NCBI GenBank assembly: GCA_048940925.1
Contig: JBHLOC010000027.1
Location: 8,884 to 72,883 of the forward strand
Length of the DNA: 64,000 nucleotides
DNA from: Promethearchaeota archaeon
GTDB taxonomy: Archaea; Asgardarchaeota; Lokiarchaeia; Sigyniarchaeales; SOKP01
Reading direction: 5' to 3'
Within the stretch, counting starts at the first letter, position 1, and every line of letters begins with the position of its first letter. Position numbers and translations under genes: made by a program. The notes beneath the pieces were generated by a model. The model had not been told where the DNA came from. It worked only from the letters and a program-made list of their open reading frames with translations, and did no database searches. Below are positions 1 to 9,418 of the stretch, piece by piece.

Positions 1-657
1 CGCTATATCAATATCTTCGGTACTTGCAATTCCTTTCATCAACATATTGACAGCTTCGTTGCATAAAACGTATATAAGTCTTGTTGTTATGAATCCTGGT
101 GAATCATTTACAGTTACCACAGTCTTATTTAGACTTTCAGAAAATTGTTTAGATATTTTCAAAACTTCATTAGAAGTATATTTTCCTTTAATTAACTCTA
201 TTAATTTCATCACAGAGGCAGGATTGAAGAAATGAATACCTACTATCCTCTCTTGGTATTTTGATTTTGATGCAATATCAGTAATACTCAATGACGATGT
301 ATTAGAAGCGAGAATTACCTTTCTGTCGCAAATTTCATCCAACTCAGAAAAGATTTGCTGTTTCAATGCCATGTCTTCAAATACAGCTTCTATAACAATT
401 TGTACGTCTTTTACAGCTTCTTTTATCTTCACAGTTAAATTAATTCTGGCTAGAATATTATCTGCTTCTTCTTTTGTTATTTTATTTTTAGCTACAAAAA
501 ATCGATTTAAATTGCTTTCAATCTTACTTCTCGCTTTTTGTAATATTTCTTTATTCACATCTACTAAGGTTACATTGTAATCCTGAGTTGCTACTAACTG
601 AGCAATTCCAGAACCCATTATTCCTGCTCCAATTACACATATGCTTTTAATTTCCAT
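1..657 (-). CDS. 3-hydroxyacyl-CoA (3-hydroxybutyryl-CoA) dehydrogenase, 3' end runs off the window
   Basis: Not in ORF track. Manual translation from ATG at 657 gives MEIKSICVIGAGIMGSGIAQ (Rossmann GxGxxG), then IEAVFED, ASNTSSLSI, GIHFFNPA and DSPGFI, all family motifs. Frame stays open to position 1. Confidence 0.93.
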   Translation of the reverse strand, partial: MEIKSICVIGAGIMGSGIAQLVATQDYNVTLVDVNKEILQKARSKIESNLNRFFVAKNKITKEEADNILARINLTVKIKEAVKDVQIVIEAVFEDMALKQQIFSELDEICDRKVILASNTSSLSITDIASKSKYQERIVGIHFFNPASVMKLIELIKGKYTSNEVLKISKQFSESLNKTVVTVNDSPGFITTRLIYVLCNEAVNMLMKGIASTEDIDIA

Positions 658-665
658 AAATCTCA

Positions 666-1454
666 CTACTTTCTAAATTGATTGAAATCAGCTTTACGTT
701 TTTCTAAAAAAGCATTCTTACCTTCCACTGCTTCATCCGTATCATAATAAAGTGATAAGCCCCCTACTCCCAGTTGTGTTACTCCTGATACACCATCAGT
801 CTCAGCCAGAAACGCATACTTGAGCATTTTCAAAGCTGTGGGACTCTTTTCTAATAATTCTGAGCACCAATTATTCACTTCATCATCTAATTTTTCAAAT
901 GGAACGACAGCATTTACAAGTCCCATTTCTAACGCTTGCTGGGCAGTATATCGACGACATAAATACCAAATCTCCTTTGCTCGTTTAATACCTACAGCAC
1001 GCATTAAGTCACCGGTTCCATACCCAGGATCAAAAGATCCAACTCGCGGTCCTGCCTGACCTAATTGGGCATGTTCTGCAGCAATACTAAGATCACAATT
1101 CACATGCCATACATGCCCTCCTCCAATTGCATAACCATTCACTCTGGCAATTACAGGTTTAGGTAACGTCCGGATTAAATAAGTTACCCGCTGCCAACCA
1201 ACCTCTAATGGTAATAAAAGTTCTCCTTCATACCCACCTTTCTGCCGAGTCGTTTGGTCACCCCCTGTACAAAAAGCTTTTTCCCCTATACCCGTAAATA
1301 CCACCACTCCGATTTCATTATCCCAACATTGGTTAAAGGCATCAATCAATTCATAAACAGCATCTAAATTGCATGCGTTATACCGTTCAGGACGATTTAT
1401 AGTTATACGAGCAACTCTATCTTTTTTTTCAAATATAATTTCTTTATAGTTCAT
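666..1454 (-). CDS. Crotonase-family enzyme of the MenB / BadI (2-ketocyclohexanecarboxyl-CoA hydrolase) subgroup
   Basis: AFCTGGDQ, GYAIGGGH, GQAGPRVGSFDPGYG, KRAKEIWYLCRRY and EAVEGKNAFLEKRK motifs; 8 nt from the dehydrogenase gene. Confidence 0.85.
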   Translation of the reverse strand: MNYKEIIFEKKDRVARITINRPERYNACNLDAVYELIDAFNQCWDNEIGVVVFTGIGEKAFCTGGDQTTRQKGGYEGELLLPLEVGWQRVTYLIRTLPKPVIARVNGYAIGGGHVWHVNCDLSIAAEHAQLGQAGPRVGSFDPGYGTGDLMRAVGIKRAKEIWYLCRRYTAQQALEMGLVNAVVPFEKLDDEVNNWCSELLEKSPTALKMLKYAFLAETDGVSGVTQLGVGGLSLYYDTDEAVEGKNAFLEKRKADFNQFRK

Positions 1455-1779
1455 TCTTAAATTTCACATGACTTTTTTATAATTTTATTGTCTATGATTT
1501 ATCATTTAAATTGATCTTAATATATTTCTTTTGGTAATTAAAGCTCAAAAAACTATGCATACAGAAAAATCTGATATTTCTACGTGAAATTTTTGTTTTA
1601 TAAATGTTGTGGCATACTGTCCGACACACATCTATAAATGAAAAAGTTATTTCTAACCTATGACAGAAGTTAAGAATGACCAAATGAAAGATGAATTAAA
1701 AAAGTTGTTATATGATAAATTAGACGTTAAGCTTGTAGCTGATACCTAGACTTTAATATAATAAGAACCAAAGTATATT

Positions 1780-2520
1780 ATGGATCCAATAAATGATGCT
1801 TATGGCCAAGAAATCTGGTCATACCTAAAAGGAAGAGAATCCTATGAAATTATTGAGAGAGATGACGGATTCATCGATATTTCAGGAGTTGTCCCCCCCG
1901 GTTACTTTAAGGATTATGAAGAATGGCCAACGTATCAAAAAATGGCAATCAAATACGTTAAAGGTCGAGTTTTAGATGTTGGAGCTGGTGCTGGAAGAGT
2001 TTCATTATATCTCCAGAAAAAGGGATTTGAAGTCCTAGCAATTGATAACTCTCCACTTGCGATCGAAGTCTGTAAGGAAAGGGGAGTGAAAAATACAAAA
2101 ATATTAGCGTTTAAAGATATAGACCAGTTAAACGAAGATATCTTCGATAGTATTGTGCTTTTTGGCAATAATTTTGGTCTTTTTGGCAATTTTCACGATG
2201 GAAAAGCCATTTTAAAAAAATTAAATTCCCTAACTAACAATAATTCAATAATAATAGCAGAAAGCAATGATCCATACAAAACCGCTGACCCTGTTCACTT
2301 AAATTATCAAGAACTTAAAAGAAAGGAAGGGAAGATGCCAGGACAAATAAAAATCAGAGCTCGTTTCAGAAATTATATCGGAAATTGGTTTGAATATTTG
2401 CTTGTATCTAAAGAAGAGATGACTGAATTTTTTAAAGGGACGGGATGGACCGTTCGAGAATTCATTGAATCAGAGAGTTCTCGTTATATTGGTATTATGG
2501 AGAAGGATACAATCTCTTAG
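1780..2520 (+). CDS. Class I SAM-dependent methyltransferase
   Basis: VLDVGAGAGR motif I, AIDNSP motif II, FDSIVLFGNNFG. Confidence 0.88.
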   Translation: MDPINDAYGQEIWSYLKGRESYEIIERDDGFIDISGVVPPGYFKDYEEWPTYQKMAIKYVKGRVLDVGAGAGRVSLYLQKKGFEVLAIDNSPLAIEVCKERGVKNTKILAFKDIDQLNEDIFDSIVLFGNNFGLFGNFHDGKAILKKLNSLTNNNSIIIAESNDPYKTADPVHLNYQELKRKEGKMPGQIKIRARFRNYIGNWFEYLLVSKEEMTEFFKGTGWTVREFIESESSRYIGIMEKDTIS

Positions 2521-2761
2521 TAAAATCAAAAAAAAAAGCAGGAAAGAACAACAATTGAGATAAACTTGAGTTCTCTAAATCTATTTTTTTTTTGCGAAAT
2601 GCAAACTCTAATAGTTCTTTTTCCAACCAGATTTTTTTCACTACTATACTTGTTTTACTTCAAAAAATTTCCCTTTATAAAAGGTATGTTTTTTATTTAT
2701 CACTATAATAGAGAAAATGGTGTTTCACGAATTTTAATGAGAAATTAAGTGGTTGATTTTA

Positions 2762-3493
2762 TTATTTTCGCATCAGAAAATAGTCTAGTTTACGCTTTGC
2801 TCTTTCTTGTTCTTTTATTGCTCTTTTCATCTTTCTCTCATGTTTTTTCAACAATTTTTCAATTTTTTCCTCTAATTTTTCCAATTCAGAATCTGCAGGA
2901 ACTAATTCTTTTGCATAACCCGATTGTTTTAATTTCACACGACAATAAGCAACAATATTTTTAACATCCCTTTGACTAATTTTTTTTCGACTCCCACTAA
3001 CTCTTTCTGATTTAGAAAGAGAGCTTTTTTTTAAAAGAAATTAAAGATCCTTGTCCTAAAGCACCCAATATTATTGTACCAACACCATGGACAAATTTTT
3101 CTCCTTTAGTTCTTGGTTTCCCGTGTGGATCAACACTCACCATTCTAATTCCTAATGATAACCTTTCTAAGTTTATTAGATTTTCAAAACCTTTGATGTT
3201 AATGAATTTATTATTGTTAAGATTTAATTCTTTTAAGTTTATTAAATTCTTTAATCCTTTAATTTCTGTTATTTTATTATTACTCAAATCTAACATTTCT
3301 AATTTAGTTAAATTATTAAACCTTCAATTTCATTAATCTGATTATTACTGAGATTTAAAACTTGTAGTTCTGTCAGCATTTCAATGTTCTTAATCTCACT
3401 GATATTTTTTATTCTTTTCCCTGAGAGATCAAGATTTAGAAGATCTACCTTAATTTTAGGGGTAAATTCCTTATTTCTATATATAACTGACAT
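2762..3493 (-). pseudogene. Leucine-rich repeat protein broken by two single-base indels (pseudogene or assembly error)
   Basis: ORFs 3308-3493 and 3012-3296 both carry LxxLxLSNNxI repeats and join if one base is added near 3316 (GL-x-NLTKLEMLDLSNN). A third frame from ~3035 to the TAA at 2762 reads KSERVSGSRKKISQRDVKNIVAYCRVKL followed by a coiled coil. Confidence 0.75.
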
Positions 3494-3649
3494 GGGTATT
3501 ATTTTATTTTTTCAGATAGCATTGTAGATATTAAAAAAGATATAGGATTTCTTAAAATAAAAAATATCTCAATTTTATCGGTTTTTTAAATAGCATTTGT
3601 TTTAATTAAATCGTATATTTTTTGTTGTTTTTCAGTATTTGTAGATTCT

Positions 3650-4177
3650 TTAAAAAATCATTTTCTGTTTAATCTCCTGAACCATATCATGTCCTTCTTC
3701 ATTAATTTCTGTGAGTAATTCTCTTAAAATCTCATTTATCGCCAATCCTCGTAATTCACATGAGATGTATAACAAAGAAAGGATTTGTTTAGCTAAAACT
3801 CGGATATTCTTAATATTATCAATTGGAATTCTAATACCTAGTGCTTTAAGATCTAATTGGGTTTCTTTTTCTTGTTGCCTTATTGCTATTAATATATCAT
3901 TTTTTCTTCCTTTCCATTCTTCAGTAATCGTCCTTAGAGACATGATATATCTCTTTGTAGGACTTCCTATTCCAATAATTTCTTTAGCAAAAGTGAGTGG
4001 TTCAGAATTCCTTAAAGCTTTTAGACCAAAAGTTCTATTGAGCCTATAATTTCTGTCTAATTTAGACTTCATTTTAGAAATTTCATTAGTTAATTGCTCA
4101 ATTTTAAGTGATAACTTTTCGAATTTCTCAAGAACTAAGTCTTCAACATTAGATTCATAATTACTCATATTGGACAC
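3650..4177 (-). CDS. Hypothetical protein; N-terminal coiled coil, possible PC4-like domain
   Basis: 175-aa ORF with heptad N-terminus. EEWKGRKNDILIAIRQ...GIRIP loosely resembles the PC4 pattern. Confidence 0.6.
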   Translation of the reverse strand: MSNMSNYESNVEDLVLEKFEKLSLKIEQLTNEISKMKSKLDRNYRLNRTFGLKALRNSEPLTFAKEIIGIGSPTKRYIMSLRTITEEWKGRKNDILIAIRQQEKETQLDLKALGIRIPIDNIKNIRVLAKQILSLLYISCELRGLAINEILRELLTEINEEGHDMVQEIKQKMIF

Positions 4178-4317
4178 TTTTCAAAAGTAAGTATGACACC
4201 ATTTGAATAATTCTCTAATAAAACTAATTATTAAAGTATTAATCTATGAGGAATTTTTAATTTATGAATAATAGAAAAAAATTATTGATTATTAAATATA
4301 GTGTGGATTTTAACAGT

Positions 4318-5571
4318 TTAGTCAAAATTGTCTTCATTCTCTTGTTTTATGGAAATGTCCTCAGGTTTTTCAACTTCTTGTGTTAAATTTGAGCTCTCAT
4401 CTTCTTCTCCAATAGTTTTTTTCTCACTAGATGGTTCCGTGGATAAAAGTTCTCTAACTTCAACCTTAACTTCTTCTTTTATACTTTTTTGATTTATTAC
4501 ATATTTACGTATCTCATAAATCCCTAACAAAATAAAAACCAAAACAAAAAAAGCAAAAACTGCGATATTTTTAACTAGATTAATCAAATCATTATTTAAT
4601 ATAGATAGAAAGTCACTGAAAGGGAATTGGAAAGCAGAAAAGAGATCATAAGGGAAGTTTGCAATAAATTCATATGCAACTTTTGAAAAGACTAACCAAA
4701 TAATTACTGTATCAAGACCGATGCGTTTAGACTTTTGGTTTAGGATTTCTGCTTTTGATCCCATTAAAGTACTGACAGAATAAAGAATAATAAATACATC
4801 TGCTAAGATCATGCCAATAGCTCCAATATTTCCCCAAAATGTGGACGTCCGTTCTTCTCCCGTTTGGAGACTATAATAACTTATAAAAATTTTTAATACT
4901 AAAAATAAGGTGTAAATGGATGTCAAAATAAAAAATATTCCAAGCCAGGCATTGAAAATTTTCTTGAATAGATAGAATATGCAGATTGCGGAAAATCCAA
5001 TAATTATGCCTCCAACAATGATATAGGCGATATTAAAGTATTGGGGAATTTCTATTGTGGTTATTGAAGTATAATCAATTAAAGATGGCCCTATAATAAA
5101 AAGATATAATAAGTATAAAGATAATGTTAATCCTCCAAAGAAAAATATAGTTCTTAAAATAGGTCTATAGGAGGGAAATCTATGTAACTTCATATCTACT
5201 TTTTTACCTGATAAATAACAAGCGTACAACATAAACCAAGATGTAAAAAAGAAATAAGAAATTACCGAAAAAGCAAATAAGACTACTAACACAATTGAGA
5301 TTAAAAGCATTATAGGTAAAGATATTAGTAAAAATAACAGTATTTTCCAAGTCTCATATTCAGTTATATCCTTTTTAGAAATTAAGGATAATAAAAATAA
5401 GAACATCAAGAATGTCAAAAACGGTAAAAAAATTATTATACCTATTATTGGAAATAAATTAGAACCAGGTAATTGAATAATAACAATCCCAATTAAGAGC
5501 CATATTACTAAAACTAAATATCGCCAATTCTCTTTTTTGCCTAATTTTTTTAAATTTTCTATAATTTCCAT
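4318..5571 (-). CDS. Multi-pass membrane protein with acidic C-terminal tail
   Basis: About 10 hydrophobic segments; E/D-rich tail. Confidence 0.75.
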   Translation of the reverse strand: MEIIENLKKLGKKENWRYLVLVIWLLIGIVIIQLPGSNLFPIIGIIIFLPFLTFLMFLFLLSLISKKDITEYETWKILLFLLISLPIMLLISIVLVVLFAFSVISYFFFTSWFMLYACYLSGKKVDMKLHRFPSYRPILRTIFFFGGLTLSLYLLYLFIIGPSLIDYTSITTIEIPQYFNIAYIIVGGIIIGFSAICIFYLFKKIFNAWLGIFFILTSIYTLFLVLKIFISYYSLQTGEERTSTFWGNIGAIGMILADVFIILYSVSTLMGSKAEILNQKSKRIGLDTVIIWLVFSKVAYEFIANFPYDLFSAFQFPFSDFLSILNNDLINLVKNIAVFAFFVLVFILLGIYEIRKYVINQKSIKEEVKVEVRELLSTEPSSEKKTIGEEDESSNLTQEVEKPEDISIKQENEDNFD

Positions 5572-5647
5572 AAAAAAATAGTCAAATAGGAAATATTTAA
5601 AGATTTCTTATATAAAGTTGAGTTTGTTAGAATAGATTTATTTAATA

Positions 5648-6454
5648 TTATTCTTCGAAAAAATCAACTAGAGTTTTTTGAGTCTTAAAATTTCGATAAG
5701 ATAAAGCCCACTTCTTTTTTAACTCGTTTACACTTTCAGGAGCCATACCTTGAAAATGATTATTCACAATTATAAAAATTTCATAAATTTTCGAAGATTT
5801 AATTAAAGTTTGAATATTTTGATCCAAATTTTCTAAAGCACTCTTTTGATCTCTTTGGATTCGGTTAAAAACTGTAAGTTCTCGATCTCCTATTAATCTT
5901 ATATAATAATACTTCTGATCTGGCATATAATAAGGTATTAGATTAGGCATATAAGTTGTACCAAGTATTATTTGTTCACTATTGATAAATTTAGAGAGAA
6001 TTTCAGGTTTAAACCAAGAGTTATCTCGTAATTCAATAATAATTTTATTTTTTAAGGGAAAAAATTTGATTAATGAACTTAATTTAAGTAAATGTTCTTT
6101 GCTAAATTTAAACCAAGGTGGAAATTGGATTAAAAATCCTAAGATTTTCTCATTTAATGGTTTGAATCTATGGAGAAATTCTGTAAGATATGAATCTAAA
6201 TCTGGGTCATTTAGATTATGTGAGATTTTCTGCCATACTTTCACAATAAAGCAGAAACTTTCTGGTACACGTTCATTCCAGGTTTTTACTATCTCTTGAG
6301 ATGGGAGGTTGTAAAATGAAGAGTTAATCTCAACAATTTCGAAATACTTTGAATAAAATTCTAAAAACTGAGATCTTTTTAATCTTTTTGGATAAAAAGA
6401 TCCTATCCAATCTTTATAATCCCATCCAGCAGTCCCAATTTTTATCTGAACCAT
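5648..6454 (-). CDS. DUF72 family protein
   Basis: IGTAGWDYKDW, VEINSSFYNLP, QFPPWF, IELRDNSW, YIRLIG and VNNHFQGMAP match the DUF72/YecE pattern. Confidence 0.9.
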   Translation of the reverse strand: MVQIKIGTAGWDYKDWIGSFYPKRLKRSQFLEFYSKYFEIVEINSSFYNLPSQEIVKTWNERVPESFCFIVKVWQKISHNLNDPDLDSYLTEFLHRFKPLNEKILGFLIQFPPWFKFSKEHLLKLSSLIKFFPLKNKIIIELRDNSWFKPEILSKFINSEQIILGTTYMPNLIPYYMPDQKYYYIRLIGDRELTVFNRIQRDQKSALENLDQNIQTLIKSSKIYEIFIIVNNHFQGMAPESVNELKKKWALSYRNFKTQKTLVDFFEE

Positions 6455-6630
6455 GAAAAAAGTAGTAGATTTTTCTTTTTATAGATATAGAATAATCTCT
6501 TTTCTAAAATAATTAGTTTTTATAAAATATTAATTATATTTGTTGTAAATAAATAAGAATAGGGAAATTAAAATGAATGAAGTTAATAATTAAGAAAAAT
6601 AATATTAATAAAGATATGGTGTGAGACATC

Positions 6631-7359
6631 GTGAGCATAGATTGGGCAAAAGCAGAAGAAAGACCTGAAAAGAAACTTTCTATAGAAGGGAGATTATTGT
6701 TAAAGCTTAGATCAAAAATTAATAATCTAGAACAAGAATTAAACCGAAAAAGAGAAGATTTAGAAAACTATAAGTACGATTTAGGAATAATCAAAGATAA
6801 ATTAGCAGGCAGAGAAAGGAGTTTAATGGAAATCACTCAAAAAAAATCCACAGCAAGAAAATCATTGGATAAAGTTAAAGAAGAAAAACTTTATACAGAT
6901 ATTGAGCTAGCTAAATTAAGAAAGAATAATTTTAATTTAGAAACTAAATATATGGAATCCATAGCAAAAATAGATACTCTTGAAAATCAATTGAATAATG
7001 CTGTTGAGAAATCTATGAAATTGGAGCAAGGAATCCTAAATAAGGATAAAACACTACAACAGAAGGAAGAAGAACTATTAAATAAGACAAAAGAACTTTT
7101 AAAAAAAGATGAAGAGATTCAAAATCTTAAAAATGATCTGAAATTCTGGGTAAATGAAGTAGATGTTCAAAAGAGCAAAGTACAAGAACAGATAACGATA
7201 ACAATTAATCAAATTGATAAATATAAAGATCTTAAAGATGAAATGTCAAGATATATTACTGCTCAAAAAATGTTAGATAAAATTGAAAAACTAATAGTAA
7301 TTAAAGGTTTTTTATCTGACAAAGAATTTGAACAACTCCTAAAAGAAAGGGAAGAATGA
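6631..7359 (+). CDS. Long coiled-coil protein (paralog 1)
   Basis: Continuous heptads between an SIDWAKAEE head and a KGFLSDKEFE tail. Confidence 0.8.
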   Translation: MSIDWAKAEERPEKKLSIEGRLLLKLRSKINNLEQELNRKREDLENYKYDLGIIKDKLAGRERSLMEITQKKSTARKSLDKVKEEKLYTDIELAKLRKNNFNLETKYMESIAKIDTLENQLNNAVEKSMKLEQGILNKDKTLQQKEEELLNKTKELLKKDEEIQNLKNDLKFWVNEVDVQKSKVQEQITITINQIDKYKDLKDEMSRYITAQKMLDKIEKLIVIKGFLSDKEFEQLLKEREE

Positions 7360-7500
7360 AAAATTAAATCTAAAGATAATTATTATTATTCTTTAGTTTG
7401 TAATCATTTTCATGCAAAATTTATAAATAATAGATTTTAAGAAAATAAATATAAGGATAAAATAATAAAAAAATTCATTAATAAATAAGGTGAAATAATA

Positions 7501-8202
7501 ATTTCTATAGATTGGGCAAAGGCAGAAGAAAAACCTGAAAAAAAATTACCTGTTATAGGTAAAAATTTATTAGAATTGAGATCTAAGATAAATAACTTAG
7601 AGAAACAATTAACTCAAAAAACTAAAGATTTAGAAAAAACATCAAGTGAATTAAAAACTACCAAGGAAAAATTACGCGAGGCGGAGAAAAAAGGATCAGA
7701 ATTATCTGAATATAAGAATTCTATGGAAAAAAGTTTTGAAAGGATTAAAGAAGAAAAATTATATGCTGATGCAGAAATTAATAAATTGCGAACATTAAAA
7801 ACAGAGTTAGACACTAAATTGTCTGAAGCTAATTCAAAAATTACTGAATTTGAAGATTTGGAGAGAGAGAGGAATAGTTTTAAAGCAAATTTAGAAAAAG
7901 AAAAAAATACTATTAAAGAGGAGTTAAATCAACGAGAAAATGAACTTGAAAGTTTAAAAAAAGAATTACAAACTACTATTTCAGATAACTACGTGGAAAT
8001 CGAAACACTTAAAGACGAAAAAGAGGCATTTATAAAAGAAATAAATGATCTAAAGGTAAAAATCGAATCACATGAAAAAACTATTTCAGAAGCAAAGGGG
8101 GCAGCACAACTTATGAATGAAATTAGAGATATTATGGTTCATAAAGGATTTCTTTCAGATAAAGAGTTTGAAGATTTATTAGAGAGATTAAAAATTGAAT
8201 GA
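7501..8202 (+). CDS. Long coiled-coil protein (paralog 2), probable ATT/ATA start
   Basis: ORF track starts at 7576, but the frame upstream reads (I)SIDWAKAEEKPEKK, homologous to paralog 1. In-frame TAA at 7486 and GGTGA Shine-Dalgarno at 7489-7493. Confidence 0.8.
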   Translation: MSIDWAKAEEKPEKKLPVIGKNLLELRSKINNLEKQLTQKTKDLEKTSSELKTTKEKLREAEKKGSELSEYKNSMEKSFERIKEEKLYADAEINKLRTLKTELDTKLSEANSKITEFEDLERERNSFKANLEKEKNTIKEELNQRENELESLKKELQTTISDNYVEIETLKDEKEAFIKEINDLKVKIESHEKTISEAKGAAQLMNEIRDIMVHKGFLSDKEFEDLLERLKIE

Positions 8203-8226
8203 AATTTGCTTTTTTAATTTTTACTG

Positions 8227-9321
8227 ATGGCAAAGCTAGTTTGGAATAACAAAAAAGACATAACCTTCAATTTAAGAAATCTAAAAAATAAATATTTCCA
8301 ATTTTTTGATAATCTGGGGATCCTTACAGATAATATTTATATAGAAAACAAATTTAAAGGAGCTTCCGATGATTGGAAAAATAAATTATTTTGGGCAGAC
8401 AATATAGAAGTTTTGTATTATTTGCTGAATTTTTTCGAAAATAAAATAGATTTGATTTATATTGATCCTCCTTTTTTTTCTGGAATTAATTATAAAATTG
8501 CCATTGAAGAAAAGGGCACAACTTATAATTCTATAGCATATTACGATCATTGGGATAATAATTTAGATTCTTATTTACAGATGTTATATGAAAGAATTGT
8601 TCTTTTTAAGAAATTATTATCAAAATCAGGGTTATTATTCATTCATTTAGATTGGCATGCAAGTCATTATATAAGATTAATTTTAGATGAAATTTTTGGA
8701 GAAAATAGATTTGTTAATAACATAATTTGGTATTACTATAATAAATATTCAGCTGGAAGAAAAAATCTTCCTCGCGCGCATGATAATATTCTAGTTTATT
8801 CAAAGTCTAATAATTACACATTTAACGAAATAAGAATACCTCGGAAAAAGCCTCGAAAACAATTGATGAGAGCTATGGTAAATGGTGTGTTAAAAAATGT
8901 GAAAGATGAGAATGGTCATGTTAAATATCGAATTGTAACTGATAAAAAAATGGATGATGTATGGAAAATTCCTTGTTTACAACCAGCCTCAAAGGAATTT
9001 ACTGGTTTTCCCACCCAGAAACACCATAAATTACTTGAAAGAATTATTAAATTAGGATCTAATGAAAATGATTTAATTGCTGATTTTTTTTGCGGTTCAG
9101 GAACAACTTTATTGGCAGCTGAAAAATTAAATCGCAAATGGATTGGATGTGATATATCTGAATATTCAATATATCTAACTAGAAGTAGAATTTTCAAATA
9201 TCAAGAAGAAAGTCAGAAGTTTCATCCGTTTGAAATTCTTACAAATTTTAACAAAACTAGAAGTAAAATTATCAAATCGGGATTTTTTCAAAAGGATCTT
9301 TCAATAAAAAGAAAGAAATAA
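8227..9321 (+). CDS. Site-specific amino-DNA methyltransferase (N6-A/N4-C, beta class), orphan
   Basis: IDLIYIDPPF (motif IV) precedes FPTQK and ADFFCGSGTT (motif I). No endonuclease next to it. Confidence 0.9.
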   Translation: MAKLVWNNKKDITFNLRNLKNKYFQFFDNLGILTDNIYIENKFKGASDDWKNKLFWADNIEVLYYLLNFFENKIDLIYIDPPFFSGINYKIAIEEKGTTYNSIAYYDHWDNNLDSYLQMLYERIVLFKKLLSKSGLLFIHLDWHASHYIRLILDEIFGENRFVNNIIWYYYNKYSAGRKNLPRAHDNILVYSKSNNYTFNEIRIPRKKPRKQLMRAMVNGVLKNVKDENGHVKYRIVTDKKMDDVWKIPCLQPASKEFTGFPTQKHHKLLERIIKLGSNENDLIADFFCGSGTTLLAAEKLNRKWIGCDISEYSIYLTRSRIFKYQEESQKFHPFEILTNFNKTRSKIIKSGFFQKDLSIKRKK

Positions 9322-9418
9322 ATTTTTAGATTTAAATTAATTCTTACTTTACAAAAGAGTGAAGATTTTTTTCTTTCTTTATCCTTTCTATTAAAATGAA
9401 GCTTAACGTGATAAAATA

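Noticed and set aside
1659-1748. 29-codon ORF MTEVKNDQMKDELKKLLYDKLDVKLVADT
   Set aside because: Too short and without motif; possibly a gene remnant, not supportable.
3020-3040. Programmed -1 frameshift at A-AAA-AAG in the LRR gene
   Set aside because: The -1 frame closes after about 30 codons. The plausible continuation is in the +1 frame, so classical -1 slippage does not explain it.
6631-8202. Coiled-coil pair as the missing chemoreceptors or SMC/ESCRT-III proteins
   Set aside because: No MCP hairpin-tip motif, no Walker motifs and no Snf7-like pattern.
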